DNA of 64,000 bases, taken from contig OX597826.1 of the NCBI GenBank assembly GCA_951406725.2, positions 75,516,001 through 75,580,000 of the forward strand. Direction: 5' to 3'. A program made the position numbers and the translations under genes. Below, piece by piece: positions 24,050 through 58,288 of this stretch (positions are counted from its first letter, which is position 1; each line of letters begins with the position of its first letter). The stretch comes from Octopus vulgaris (lineage: Eukaryota). The notes under the pieces were generated by a model, which worked only from the letters and a program-made list of their open reading frames with translations, searched no databases and was not told the DNA's origin.

Positions 24050-25950
24050 GCTTGAAAATGATATGCAAGACAGTCGAAGTTTTTCTTAAAGAATGTGTTG
24101 AAATATATTCAATATCGCTGCGATGCGTAACCACCATATATTACAAAGACAAATTCACAAGTAGCAGTCGAAAATAATTCAAAAGTCAAAACATACTATC
24201 CGTATGGTATTTTGTCGGTTAACATTTAAAATTCTGTTGCAGGAAATTAAAAGTTCGCGTCTCTGATTTAAAGCGCTTTTATCCTGGAACATGATGAAGA
24301 ATTTTTCCGAAAGGCATAAATTGCATTTCATGGGTCTTTTATGAGCTCCATGTCTGTAAGCTTATGCTTTGTCTAAGATTTTCCGTCCTGTTTTCGGGGT
24401 ACCGGAAGGAATTTCTGTGGGAATAAAATCGGGTCTTGAAAGAATTTTCAGAAGCCCTGTGTATGTTTTATATTCTTGCAAGCCTTCTATTTGTACTTTG
24501 GCCCTCTATACAATCCCTTTTTCCAGACATTTTCCTTCCAACGGACAGGGGGTCTCATCTTTGAAATTACAATTCTTTGGATTAGAATAGGCACTGAAGT
24601 TATCTGTGATTATTTTAGTGTTGTGTTGGCTAATGAAAGAGGCGAAGTTTTTACAATAATAGCTAATTTTCAGCGTTCGCCTATTAAATATTCTGTAGAA
24701 CTTATGGCTAGGTTGAAAATGCTTGGAGACTAATTTAAAAAATTCATTACCTATATTATATTTGTTTTTATGACTATATTAAATGCTGGGTTGAACCAAA
24801 AAACCCTCATAGTTCTAGTTCTACGTGTTGTATTATTGCTCGCATTAAATTGGTTGTATTGGATCTTCTCCAAGAATCCACTATTCTTTAATGCGTTATT
24901 GTAATAGGGTGCAGCATTTTGAAATGCTGTCTCATCCGAAGAAATTGAAAATATTCGCCTACCTACATTATTGACAATGTTCTTAAGAATAACGGGTGGA
25001 TGAATAGATTCTTTGCTAATATAAGATAGCTTTTCATTAGGCTTACGGAAAGGTTTGAAACTATTTAACTGTAAATCTAAATTAATATCTAAGAAATCTA
25101 CGTTTTTTTAAAAAAATTACTATCTATCGTAATCCATAAGCCCATTCTTTAGAAGACATTTAGATCCTTCCTAAGTTATCTAAATCATGGCCGTTTCAAA
25201 TAATTGGTGACTATAAGGCCGTCATCCCTGTATAATCCTGCGTCTATTAGAGGGAATCTTAGACTTAGATTATGCAAAATATAAGCTCCTATAAGCACAC
25301 ATAACGCAGCCCCATCATATGCCCCGTGATCGGTACATCGAAAAGAGAATCCTCACTCTTTTTGACCCAGGTTGAATCCTCGTAGAAAAGAAGAGATTTT
25401 CTCGCATGCAGTATAATATCCATTTCCGAGTCATCGATGCTGACATACTGCTTGGTGAAGTCTAATGCTTTTAGAAGCAAAGGCCTGGATATTGACGGGT
25501 AAAAATCAACAATATCAAACTGTGTAAACTTACAATTATGCTTATGGCTAATCTCTTTGAACCGATCTATCACTGACTTGCTATTATTCCAAATCTGTAA
25601 ATTTAATTCACTATCTAACATAGTTAAAATACGATCTAAAATATATTTGCTAATAATACCTATTTCAGTTTTAGCAGGATTAATCAATCTACATTTAGGG
25701 TTTCTATTAAAATTAGTTTTATGGTATTTTAGGGTAATAAAAGAGTGGCGCTGAGGGAGATATTCTATCCTATCACTAACTTTAAGATTGTTAGCAATTC
25801 TTCTTGCCTCCAAATTCACCTGTTTATATAAATTTGCGTTGTCTTTTTTTTTATGTATCTGTGATACTATTCGAAATTAAACGCTTATAAACGTCCTTAT
25901 CAACCGCATATAAGATGTTTGTCTTATCAGAGTTCACGAAGATCTTATAT
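24050..25950 (-). mobile_element. Penelope-like retroelement, decayed (RT plus GIY-YIG endonuclease)
   Basis: CRLINPAK, FDIVDFYPSI, GLYRDDGL RT motifs and a downstream VYRAKV...YTG..ENSFKTRF.SH GIY-YIG-like segment; frameshifted. A short fragment recurs at 32686-32748. Confidence 0.85.
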
Positions 25951-26164
25951 ACATAAACGTATTGATGTATGCATAAACATATGAATATTCGTGTATGAGT
26001 ATGTGAGAGAGAGAGAGAGAGTGAGATAGTGGGAGGGAGAGAATGTATGATTATATAAATGCATAACAGTAAATAATAACCTTCCTGTTGATTACTCCGT
26101 TATTTTCGCTGACGCTTTTTGCAATCAACTCTCGTCTGATACCTGTAAAGTATAATTTGATTTA

Positions 26165-26480
26165 GGTTAGAGCGTCGAGCTTACGATCGTGAGGTTGTGA
26201 GCTCGAATCCCGGACCGGGCTGCGTGTTGTGTTCTTGAGCAAGACACTTTATTTCACGTTGCTCCAGTTCACTCAGCTGTAGAAATGAGTTGCGACGTCA
26301 TTGGTGCCAAGCTGTATCGACCTTTGTCTTTCCCTTGGATAACATCGGTGACGTGGAGAGGGGAGGCCGGTATGCATGGGCGACTGCTGGTCTTCCATAA
26401 ACAACCATGCCCAGACTTGTGACTAGGAGGGTAACTTTCTAGGTGCAATCCCATGGTCAGTGTCGTGACCGAAGGGGGTC
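26165..26480 (+). mobile_element. tRNA-derived CORE-type SINE family 4
   Basis: GGTTAGAGCG...TCGAATCCC head plus GTGTTCTTGAGCAAGACACTT CORE-like segment; second copy at 46628-46815. Confidence 0.75.
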
Positions 26481-27044
26481 CCGGATCCCGGAATTTCATA
26501 TGATCAAGTCTGCCTAGAAAGCTCGTTCTGTCTTTGAACAACGTACCCTATTACATGATGCTGTATTCTGTTTGCTTGATCACGGGTACCGGTCCGAAAG
26601 TGGTGCTGCCCTTTCTCTCTTCTGGTGTCACATTCTTGATATTTGACTGGTACATGCCTAGGAGGGTCTATTTCTGCTTGCGATTACATAGGCATGTAAA
26701 ACAATGGACCAGCCGCATGGATCGTGCTACAAGCTCATACTAACTTGCGAGTGACGAACGAACCGCTGGTCTGACAGATGGACAGATCGTCTCCGCTGTT
26801 TACATCATCTTTCGTGTCGCTGTTTATTGGAGTCCACGGATGACTGTATTATTAAGTTGATAACAGGTACGAATTCTGTTTAAATATGAATAAAACGTGA
26901 CAGTTGTACAAGATATTACATTACATATAGAGTAAAAACGCAACGGGGTAAACTTATCAAAAGGGACGATAATGAACGAGGGGGTTGTAGAAAGAAAAAA
27001 ACAGACGAATTAGAAGCAAAGAAAAGGAAGGGAATATGAAATTT

Positions 27045-27101
<57 letters not shown>

Positions 27102-27969
27102 TAGGGTGCGATGGGGAAATTGTCGCCAGTATATATTTTAAATTTCACGCATGCGCATTGTTTGTTTTTGCTTTTGTTGATTACTCAGTATAGTAGGGTC
27201 AGTTGGGCACCGTCTGTGAGAAAAAACTGCCAGAAATTTGGACACGGCATGCCGTTCCACTTATCATTCGCGATGGAAGTTCCAATATGAACATTTCAGA
27301 GTATTTGAGTGTCAGTCTGAGGAAAGTGCAATCTGAAGACATGAAACGAGAGCGATAAAAATTAGATCAAATGTTGTCAACATCATGTTGTTTGCAGTGA
27401 TTACTAGGAGTGGCGACGTTATGCCTCCATTCATCATCCCACACAGCCTCAAACTCAGCATGGAATCCTACATTAATGCCTGGAGGAAGTAGTGATGCCC
27501 TGGGTGAAGAAGGTGGCTGCTGGAAGGTCGTATGTCTGGCAACAGGACCCTGCACATTGCCATAGAAGCAGGAGAACCCAGTCATTGCTATCAGACAATT
27601 CCTGAGACCACATCACCCCTAACATCTGGCCACCTAACTCCCCAGACTGCAACCCCCTTCATTATTATGTATGGGGCGCAGTTGAGCGAGAGACCAACAA
27701 AACTCCTCCAAAGATGAACTGAAGGCAAGGATTATGGCAGGCAGCATTGAGCAACTTGAACAAGAAGACTGTCCAGAAGAGCTGCTGGAGATTCCGACGT
27801 CGTTTGGAGGCTGTGGTTGAAGTCAATGGAGATTTTATTGAATAAATTTAATCTTTACCATTTTAAAATATTTTTATGTAATTTTGCTAAATATATCTGT
27901 TGAAATGAGATGTCAGTGATATTTTTTATTTTTGTGTAACTCTGACGACAGCTTAATCACCGCACCCTG
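27102..27969 (+). mobile_element. Tc1/mariner (probably maT/DD37D-type) deleted transposon
   Basis: YVWQQD and WPPNSPDCNPL motifs; TIR-like AGGGTGCG...CGCACCCTG. Confidence 0.78.
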
Positions 27970-30185
27970 TATGTACATGTGTATATATACATACATACAT
28001 ACATACATACATACATACATACATACATACATACATACACACATACATACACACATACACACACACATACACATACATACACACATACACACACATACAC
28101 ACACATACATATGCATACATACATACACACACGCATACACACATACACGAACACACACATACATACACACACACACATACACACATACACATACATACAC
28201 ACATACACACACACATACATATACATACATACACACACATACATATACACACATACGTACACACACGCACATACACACATACACGCATGCACACATACAT
28301 ACATATATACACATACATACACACATACATACATGCGCACATACATACACACACACTTACATACATACATACATACACCCACATACATACACACACACAT
28401 ACACACAAACATATACACATACATACATAGACACATATACACATACACACACACATACATATACATACATACAGACACACACATGCACACATACACGCAT
28501 GCACACATACATACATATACACACATACATACTATACACACATACATACACACACGCGTACATATACATACATACATACACATATACACACACACTTACA
28601 CACATACACCCGTACATACATACATACATACATACACACACACTTACATACACACACATACATACACACTTACACACATACACACACATACATACACACA
28701 CGCATACATATACATACACACACATACACACATACATACATATATACATACATACATACAAACATACATATACATACATACATACACACACATACACACA
28801 CACATACACACACACGCACGCACACATACATACATACACACACATACATACACACACACGTACATACATACATACACACACACAAACTTACACACATACA
28901 TACACACACATACATACATACATACATACATACATACATACACACACATACACACACACACACACATACCTACATACATACATACATACGCACTTACATA
29001 CACACACATATACATACATTCACACCCACATACACACACATATATATACATACATACATACACACACACATACACACATACACGCATGCACACATACATA
29101 CATACACACATACATATACATACACTACATACATAGATACATACATACATACACACACATACATAAACATACATATGTACACACACGCACATACACACAT
29201 ACACGAATGCAAAAATACATACATATACATACATACACACATACACACACACTTACACACATACACACACACATACATACATACATACATACGTACTTAC
29301 ATACATACATACACACACACATACATACACACACACACATACACACACATACATACACACATACACACAATACACACATACATACATACACACACGCATA
29401 CATACACACATACGCACACACATACACACATACATACATACACACACGCATACATATACATACATACATACACATACACACACATACACACACACATACA
29501 CACATACACACATACACACATACATACATACATACACACACATATAAACATATAAACACACATATAAGCCCCTACATTGTACACACACGCACACATATAT
29601 ACATACATTCACTCGCACGCACGTACACACACACGCACACACACACACATTTACATATATATATACTATACACTCACACACACATACACACGTACAAACA
29701 CACACAAACTCACATACACACCGACAGATATACATACACAATATACACCTATCCGCGCACGCACACATACACACAAACACATACAAACGCACACATACAC
29801 GCACACACATACACGTACATACATACACTCTCACACAAATGAACCCACACATACATCCCTACACACACACGCACGTACAAGCACACACGTACAAGCACAC
29901 ACGCACTAGGTTAAGCAGTTACTCGCCACACACCCACACTCTACGCATACACACACGAACACACACATGCACACACACACACTACAAACAACACACACAC
30001 ATGATACATATAGCCCTTTGTTTTTTTGACCTGGCTTTGACTTGGCTTGATACAAACAGCTAGTAGTCATTATGACAGCTGACTTTGTCATTGCTTTTTA
30101 TTCACCAAAAATACACACACACACACACACACACGCACGCACAAACACACTTGTCATCTTGCACACACACACACACACACACATT
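27970..30185. repeat. ~2.2-kb compound CA/CATA microsatellite
   Basis: Low-complexity (CA)n/(CATA)n; source of the spurious 636-aa ORF. Confidence 0.95.
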
Positions 30186-30466
30186 CCTTTTTTGAAACTC
30201 TCTTGCCTTATAAAACCATTTTTCAACTACCTCTCAACTTCTGTTCTTTCAACATGTGATCTCTTGAGCACCACCAGCTCAAATATTTTTTCCTCTGTCT
30301 TCCCTTCTTGGGATCTTTCCTTCTCCTTGTTTCCGACGAAGAGCTCCGCTCGAAACGTTAAACCCTCCTTCCCTTCTTTCCTGAGCGTCAATAATACTTT
30401 AATTGTTCCACGTCCTGCGTTGCTGTGTTTTTTTTTCTCTTTTTTTCTGTGTTTTCTTGTTTGTAT

Positions 30467-30538
<72 letters not shown>

Positions 30539-30598
30539 TATATATTTGGGGATGATCATGTTGCCAGTTTGGCCAATATATATATATATATATATAAT

Positions 30599-30926
30599 AC
30601 AAATTTAGTGAATGGAGTAGATAAAATCCGAGCTACATATGTTTCGTAGCAGCAGAACCTTGGAAGGAGTAGTTACCCACAGGAATACTCCGCTAGCTAC
30701 TTATCAGGCTGAATATACCTTAGTCAAGTGCTTTCCACGCATTTTCGGATCATATCTCCTGTAAGCTGACAGAATTCTTTGACGATAATGTAACCTTCAA
30801 ACTGACCATGGTATGTTTGGCCTGATTAATATCTAACGGAATACCCTTCGTTTGGGTAATTAGTACTTCCAATGTCCTGCTAGCTATGAAGCATGGATTT
30901 TATCAACTCCATTCTCTAAATCTGGA
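30599..30926. mobile_element. Degenerate fold-back/MITE with long imperfect inverted repeats
   Basis: TTTAGTGAATGGAGTAGATAAAATCC pairs with GGATTTTATCAACTCCATTCTCTAAA, and pairing continues inward. Confidence 0.6.
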
Positions 30927-31130
30927 TTTTTATTCACATACACAGCAACTCCAGTTGCTAACCGTGACCTACGAAATGACTTTTTCAGCTAATCGGACTT
31001 CGATATGGTAAAAATTCACAACCTTCTGCGTCAATAAACCACCATTGTTCCTAAAAGTTGTTTTTGGAAAACTTTCCATGGACTGCATGAAGCTTAGTAA
31101 CTTCCTACACCTTGATCCTTAAATCTTACC

Positions 31131-31191
<61 letters not shown>

Positions 31192-33970
31192 GCACACAAG
31201 CACACGCCCCCCCACACACACAATCTTGCAAGCAGAGGAAAACGAGAAAGAAAAAGAAAGAAACAGATAAAGAAGACTTGGTTACAATTGGTACTTTTTT
31301 CAGGAAATCATATCGTAAATTACATTTCAAGTTTTAGGTCCTGGGAGTATATGTTTCTTATATGGAGGAGAGAAAACAACAAAGGAAAGAAATGGAACAA
31401 ATCCTTGATATAAGATTGAGGAAAACCAGAGACGACGCGAAAACTGTGAGGAATTGGTACGAGGTGTTCTAGTCTATTCATATATTGGTTTAAAATTCCT
31501 GCACAAGCTCAGCATGTTCATGGAAGTCGATTACATTGACCCATTCTCAACTAATTACCACTTTGTCGATCCTGAAAGGATGAAAGACAAAGCCGACCTC
31601 GGTGGAATTTGAACTCAGAACGGAAAGACGGACGAAATGTTTCTAAGTATTTCGTCCGGCGTACTAACGGTTTTGCCAGCTCGCTCTTTTCCCCAGTAAA
31701 CAAGAGGCTGCGTGCTGGAAGAAATTTATGACATCGGACAAAAAGCTTAGCAGCATTTCCTCCGACTTCACGTTCGATTGCCGCTGGAGTCGACTTTACC
31801 TTTCATTCTTTCTGGGTCGGTAACATAAGTATTAATAGAGCACTGAAATCAATGTACTTGATCTACCCCTCCCAAATAATTGCTGGGTTTCTGCCAAAAT
31901 TTGAAACGAATATCTTTCGAAATATTTCGTAAAAGCAGAAAATTTCTATTGTGAAAACAACTTGTTTTTTAGGCCTTATGAATATTGCGTACATCTGCAC
32001 TGAACTTTATTGGGTCACACTTTTCGTTATAAGAAACATGTATAGTTTGCATTATTTAATTATGTTGCCAACATTTTACACTTTGCTGTTTTTCATTCTA
32101 TTCTACAAACACAAAACGATTTCAATACCCTCCGGAATTGCCAAAGAGTTGCTTTAATATTTCTAATATTGAATAAAATAAAATAATGATGAATACACAT
32201 ATATTTGTACATGTTGAACAAAATGATAGTAGTAGTAGTAGTAGTAGTAGCAGCAGCAGCAGCAGCAGTAGTAGTATAGGTAGTAATAGTAGTAGTAGTA
32301 GTAGTTGTAGTAGTAGTTTTGTCTTGGTTTAAAAGATGGACCAAAGCAAATATTATTTTCAGTACCACAGATTTGTTTGTCAGTTGTTTGACCTTAAACA
32401 GTTGAGCATGTTCCTGGGTGGCTGACGATATGTGCATCTCTGATCACGAGCAGAAGTAGTGGGGGAGCATCATAGCCATGTGTTGAGTGGAATTCTTTGG
32501 GGTTTGAATAATTCACATCTGGAAACTTGAGTGTTTCGTTCATCAACCTTAAGCAAACCTTATTCAAAGACCTTTTGAGCGGGATGGGCTACTCGACCTG
32601 AAGAAAATTCTAACAGGGTCCCACCTACAAGGTCATGCATTGTTAATCTTGATATGAGAACACCATTATTTACATTATTTACATTTCCCTGTATAATCCT
32701 GCATCTATTAGCGGGAATTCTAGATTTAGATTATACAAAATATAAGCTTTTTCATGCTATTGTAGACTTTTATTAATGCTTTCTTTTTAGTAAATGTTAC
32801 GTAAATATAATTAATATATAGCTTCCTTTATTATAGCACATAGACATACCTGTTTCTGTGAGCACTTGAGTGCGTAATAGTATAACACACTGATCAGAAT
32901 GGTCTAGTGTTTTCGATTATGAAACGGTACAGCGTCAAAACACATCATTAACCCTCATCGCGCCATAAAGTTTTAATTAGATTTGACTTTGTTAAATTTT
33001 TATTTGGACCGCAACATTGTTTATTATGTTATAATCATATTGACAGAAAACGACAACGAATTCACTCACCAGCGTTTCCAATCGCCATTTTACACACTTT
33101 CTCTTTTACAATTACTACCATTAACTCTGCTCTCATAAATATTTTACATTATTATTAAAAGGGAGACATTTTGTACCAAACAACAGTGTGTCCCTAACAT
33201 TGTGTCATACCATAACAAAGACAACTCTGTATTTTTGCTGCTCCAGAACCTCCCGTTACCAATCATTCTCTGAAAATACCTATAAATGAACTCTTCCAAA
33301 ATGTACCCTTTTAATGCCAAACATGTCACCGCAAATATAAACAACGCCACGTGAAAAGACTTCTTTTGTTGCTTCAGCACGCATTACATCATCCAGCAAG
33401 CACAAGCATTAAGTTTTCGTGCGAGATTCTCCCCTCAACGGACTTACATTTTAACACTGAATACGAATGTATTCCAATCTCTGTAGACACTGCAGGGATT
33501 CCTGTGCATAAGAACCGTCTGTTCTCTGAATCAAGGAAGGAGGCCCCTAATTGGCCGTGCGATCTACCAACATAACCGCCAAATCTGTTTTAAATGTCTT
33601 AGCAACGGGGACATTAGATAAGTATGTTCTGTTTCTCTCAAACCTAGGAAAAATAATGGACGGAGATAAAAAGGTTCTGGTATAATATAAAACGGCGTCT
33701 CTTGATTTGAGACAAACAAGAAGAATGCGAACACAGAAGGACTTTATATTTTCGTTAAATACAAACATGAATAGAAATGTTTAACACGTGTGGACAGTGG
33801 CAAACTCACGGGATAGCCAGGAACAATAGAGAGGAATGATGGAGATCAGTGTGAGCGGATGGCCTTAAATGGAGGGTGAATGAGAGATGGGCAATATAGA
33901 GCGAGGGAAAGATAACTTGAGGCAAAGTGAGAGAAGCACATATTTTTACGATGAGAAATATGATGGTGTC

Positions 33971-34461
<491 letters not shown>

Positions 34462-35276
34462 ATAATATAAAGGGAAACCAATCCCATTAACGCTTGTATA
34501 TATTTAATCGTATATAAAGAAATGGGAAAGAAAAATGGGGAGAAATAAAGGTAAAACAGAAGCGTAAATATAAAATGCATCGACAACGAAAAAGAGAAAT
34601 GAAAATTTAATAAGAAAGAAAAAAGGGGAAACGGAGCAAAAGAATAGAATGCATTGTTTCAGCACGAGCATTTTGTAATGTTGCTTGATATCAATTATGG
34701 AAAATGAGGGACTGAAATATTTTCGAAAGATGACCAAATTTAAGAAAGATGAAAGAGTTGGTGAGTTAAAGAGAAAAGGAAAATAAACCGAAAAAGCAGG
34801 CACATTTCCTAAAACCAAAAGAAAGAAGCGTGCAGAAAGAAAGAAAAAGAAGAATATGTCTGAATAAAAATCAAGTCACTACTAAATCACTTTTGAATAG
34901 ACTGGACAACATCAATTTTGTGACAGGAATTTTCACGAATGTTTTAAGTGTACAATTGTAAGTCGGATGTAAATATGAAATGTCGCATATAAGGCTTCTG
35001 GTAAAGTGCTAGAATCTTCATATTTCAGATGCCCAGACTTTTATTTAATCTGCACATTTCGTTTCTGACCAGTTTGAACGGTCCGGATGTTAAAAGAAAA
35101 AAATTCATAAATTTTCAGAATTTTGTACTACGAAACTGCGAGATCCGAATAAAATTCCAGTTGTCATTTCCTTCTTTTTTTTCCTTTTTTTTTTTCATAA
35201 TTCAAATGAAATTATCACCTAGAAAGTTGAAAAACTTGTAAGAAAGTAACATAAGTATAATTACTAAATTTTGCTT

Positions 35277-35485
35277 TAAAATTTTGGCACAATGCCAGCA
35301 ATTTCAAAGGTTAAAGTATGTCGGTTACAATGAGCCCAGTACATGACTGGTACTTAATTTATCGACCTCGAAAGGATGAAAGGCTAAGTTGACCTCGGTG
35401 GAATTTGAACTCAGAACGCAGAGGCGGACGAAACGCCGCTAAGCATTTTGCCCGGCGTGCTAACGATTCTGCCAGCTCGTCGCTT
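35277..35485 (-). mobile_element. SINE family 1 copy ~110 nt after the paralog A stop codon (probable 3' UTR)
   Basis: Reverse complement of the family 1 head and body. Confidence 0.75.
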
Positions 35486-35595
35486 TGTTACAATGTAATA
35501 TTTTGACATAAATTTGATAGTAATTAATTGAACACTTGTTTGTATTAAACTAATCGCAAGAATAGTTTAATACAAACCATATCGATATGCCAAAT

Positions 35596-53321
<17,726 letters not shown>

Positions 53322-53740
53322 GTTACCGGTAGTAGCAATCCTGCTGATGTGAAACCTTACTGTAGAATTCCACTGAGTGATGTGTTCATCATAGCAGGCA
53401 GGAGCACAATATATATACATTCGTTACACGGTATAAATAAATTTTTAACGCTTTCATGCGTACATGCGAAGTACATATCTGCACAAACCTGCATTTTATG
53501 TACATTCCGTTATATTAAATTACATTTATAATATGACAATATATCATGCTATATCATATAATATTGTATATTTATTACATTATATTATATTACTTTTTTT
53601 TGTATTAAGCGTAACTAGCTGTGGTAAGATCAACTTGCATGCATGTAGTTTCTGCACCACGCCTTTGTTAAGGGCCTTCTACTATAGCCCCGCGATGACC
53701 AGTGGGAATTTGATAGACAGAACTCGAGTGGAAGCCCTTC

Positions 53741-53786
<46 letters not shown>

Positions 53787-56700
53787 CTCGGAGTGGTTGG
53801 CGTTAGGAAGGGCATCCAGCTGTAGAAACTCTGCCAAATCAAGATTGGAGCCTAGTGCAGCCATCTGGTTCGCCAGCCCTCCGTCAAAATCGTCCAACCC
53901 ATGCTAGCATGGAAAGCGGACGTTAAACGATGATGATGATTAGGATGATGATGATATATATATATGTATGTATGTATGTATGCATGTATGCATGTATGTA
54001 TAATTTATATGTGTACGCGCGTGTGTATTTTCCCCGCACACCCGCCCACACACCACTCGACCACTTAATTTAGCTTGTTCGTATCCTCATAACTTAGCAG
54101 TTTGGTCTAACAGACCTATAGAATAAGTACCAGACTTTGAAATAAGTACCGGGTGGGGGGAATGCGAAGTTTTATTCGGGAAAGAGCCCTGTGCTTATGA
54201 ACCTTTTCAGGGTCACAAGGACAGGTAGGAGAGAGAGGAAGGAACTGGGGAATTGGTCTGAATGCATTCAAAGGAGAGGACACATTTAAAAGAAAACCTA
54301 AAATATCAGACAATGGTTTTAAACCGGGTGGCAACCTAACATTAATGACTGAAGATTAATATTGGTTGCAAATTTTGGCACACGGCCGGCAAGTTCAGGG
54401 AGGGGATAAGTCGTTTACATCTATCCTAGTGCTCGATTGGTACTTATTTTATCGACCCCAAAAGGATGAAATGCAAAGTCGGCCTCGGCGCCATTTGAAC
54501 TCATATAATGACGGACGAAATGCCGCAAAGCGTTTTGACCGGCTGCTAAAAACTCTGCCAGCTCGCCGCCTTATTGAAGATTAATATTATCAGCTCTGGA
54601 AGAATGAATAGCAACATTGACTTGAGCGTGAAACGAACTCAGAACATAAGTACTAATCATTACATGTGTTTTGTAATTCTCCGCCTATTCTAATATCGAT
54701 TTCAATTTTTGGCACAAGGCCATAAAATCCAGGGCAAAAAGTAAGGCGATAACGTCAACCCCGGCACTCTACTGGTGTTTATTTTATCGACTCCGAAAGG
54801 ATACAAGGCAGAGTCGACCTCGGCGGAACTTGAACTCAGAACATAAAGACAGACGAAATGCCGCTAAGCATTTTGCCCGGCGCGCTAGCTATTCTGCCAG
54901 CCCGCCGCCTCCCCTATTCTAATATTAACAGTAACAAGAGCACTGAGAAAGCGCAAACCTCCGCCAAGGCAACACCAGCGTTCTCTCAACGATTAGCCAG
55001 GAATTATTTTTAAAATGAGAATATCTGAAATAAACTCGACTGCTTTCACAAACGAGAATACTAAAAAAAGAACCCGACCTCTCTAAAAAATTAAGGAAAA
55101 ATAATCCAGAATCCTTGTCCGGTACCGGATCGATTCCCAAATCTAATCAGTTTGTGCCAGCCACGAGGCCAAACATTCCTGAAAGTTTCATCCGAACCCA
55201 TCTAGCAGTTCTTGAGATATCTTGTCCACGGACAAAACCAGAAAACAAACAAACACAACTGAAAACAATACCTCCGCCTTCGCGAAGGCGGATGTAATGA
55301 TGATTTTTGTGTGTATGTGTTAGCGTGTATTAGTGTATGTGAGTTTGTAGGCCTGTGCGAGTTTGTGAGAAAAGTTCAAAGCTAAGACAAAATGTACATA
55401 TACTGGTTTCAAATATTGGCACAAGACCAGCAGTTTCGGGGCGGAAGGGCGAACTTGATGACATCGACCCCAATGCCCAACTGGTACTTATTTTATCGAT
55501 CCCTAAAAAATGAAAGGAAAGGTCGACCTTAGCGGACAAAATGCCACTAAGAATTATACCCGGCGTGCATAACAATTCTGTCTGCTAGCGACTAAAAAAT
55601 GTAAAAGGTACACATAATAAGGCTTTCATAAGACTGCAAACAGGTAGAGTCAGTAGCACGCCGGAAAAAGTCCTCAGCGGTATTTTATTCCGGTTTTATG
55701 AATTCCTTAATATAGGAGAGGATCTGAATTCTAATAAAGAAACAAAACTCCGTCACTAGAATTTGGATAAAACGATCAGTGTTAAATATGTTGCATATTT
55801 TTAATGTTCTGCTTATAAATTGTATTGCATTTTCTGCCATAAAAGTCGAGGAATATAAAGTTTAAACATGTGGTGTAACCGTCGTCACTATCTTTTAAAA
55901 CACTACTGCATTTTACATAGAGTTTTCGGTCCTTAAAAGTTGTTTTGGTGTACAGGTTGACCTACAGTTTTTGGTCGTAAATTCGGATCATTAACATTCG
56001 ACGTGTATGCTGGAAAATGCAGTATCTATAAATTATATGTTAGCTGGCCACTTTCTTTTTCTGAAAACACTGGTTTTTCGATTTATGCATTTATTAACAT
56101 AGCCAAGCTCACTAACAGCTTTTGATAAAAATGTGAATTTATAATCGGAGTAGAGTAGATGCGGATTTCCAAGCAATTGTTTATAACTCTTCTATTTACT
56201 GATTATGCATTGCAATCTGCTTCTATAGCATCAGATAATTTCATTTTCCCTCCCAAACAATAATATCAGGTCTGTTAATCTTTTTATTTGGCGGAAGTTT
56301 TAAATGACAATTTTCCGCCGATATTGATTGTTATTCAATAATAAGTGTATTTTCTATAAGTTTCCCAACAGAGTCCTTAGTAACTATTATATATATATTC
56401 ACACACATATACATACACACATACACATATACATATATGTTTGGTCAAAATGTACTTCGTAAGATTCAGCATGCTGTAGCCCGTGAGAGGGAATTTACAG
56501 GAGAAATCTAACCATTTCACTACAGATGTCAGTTGTGGAGCACGACTGTCACTACTTCTTTCACCTGACGATTGCGTAACGCATGGAAGTACTAGTATTG
56601 TAAACTTGTAAAAATTGAAAATAATTTAACTAACTTGGAATTTCATTGATTATTTCATTGACAAAAACACGCGCTGAAAGCGAGGGAATGAACAAAAAAG

Positions 56701-57021
56701 ATTTTGTTCTGTCTATCTATGTGACTGATAAGAGACCGATAGAATAAGTACTAGGCTTACAAAGAATAAGTCCTGGGCTCGATGGGCTCGACTAAAAGCG
56801 GTGCTCCAGCATGGCCACAGTCAAATGATTGAAACAAGTAAAAGAGTAAAAAGAGAGTAAAAGAGTATACATACACACAGACACACACACATGCACACAC
56901 ACAGATATATATATATATATATATATATACCCTCCTTCTTCCATTTTCCTGAGCGCCTAATAATAATAATACTGTAATTGTTCCACGTGTTGTTGTTTTT
57001 TCTGTTTTCCCGTTTGGATTA

Positions 57022-57565
<544 letters not shown>

Positions 57566-58288
57566 ATATATATATTAGTGAAAATTATAAGTATAAGCAT
57601 GGTTTCCTTGTTTATTAACAATTATGCTTCTGTTGCGATGGTAAGTTTCTGCCAAAGAGTGAATCATTATATATTAAGTTGCCTACGGACGCGCGTTTCG
57701 GAATTAAGCCAGTATAGAGCATAAATAATGAATAATTATACCTTACCTGACTATTTTCCTTTTCAGCGTAGGATTCTTCAATTATAAATAATTGTGTCTC
57801 AATTATTAATAATTGTGTATTAAATTTGAAGGCACTAGAAAATATCACTTCACCTCTCGGTATCAGAGAGAACGTATACCGTGCCAGTACCGCCAAATTC
57901 AAAAAGTGAATGAGAGTGAATGAGAGCAACACGCTGGTGGACAGGGGAGAGTGACTTACTCTCATTCACGTGGGTGGCGTGACATTTTCTTGTGCCAACC
58001 TTGTCAGTTAGACTGCCAACCCGGGAATGATGAACCCAACGCTAAAAAGCGGGAAATGGCTTAGTCCAAATTACTGTCGTGTAGATTTCTTTTTGCGCTG
58101 GTCATTGTTGTGAACTCCTGCGTCCTTGGCCTTTAGAATGCTTCCCTTTGGCAAATTTGCATGATGGAGCCGTGCTCAAGGATGGAACACCACGAGGTCG
58201 ATGGCTGATTCAGCATATATTACTGGCTGATAGTCTTGGTTACGCTACTGGTGTCCTATATACATAGAACAGTTAAGCCGAAGCATGC

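Noticed and set aside
27932-29842. 636-aa His/Thr/Ile/Tyr-rich ORF and overlapping Cys/Val/Met ORFs
   Set aside because: Translation of CA/CATA microsatellite, which lacks stop codons by composition.
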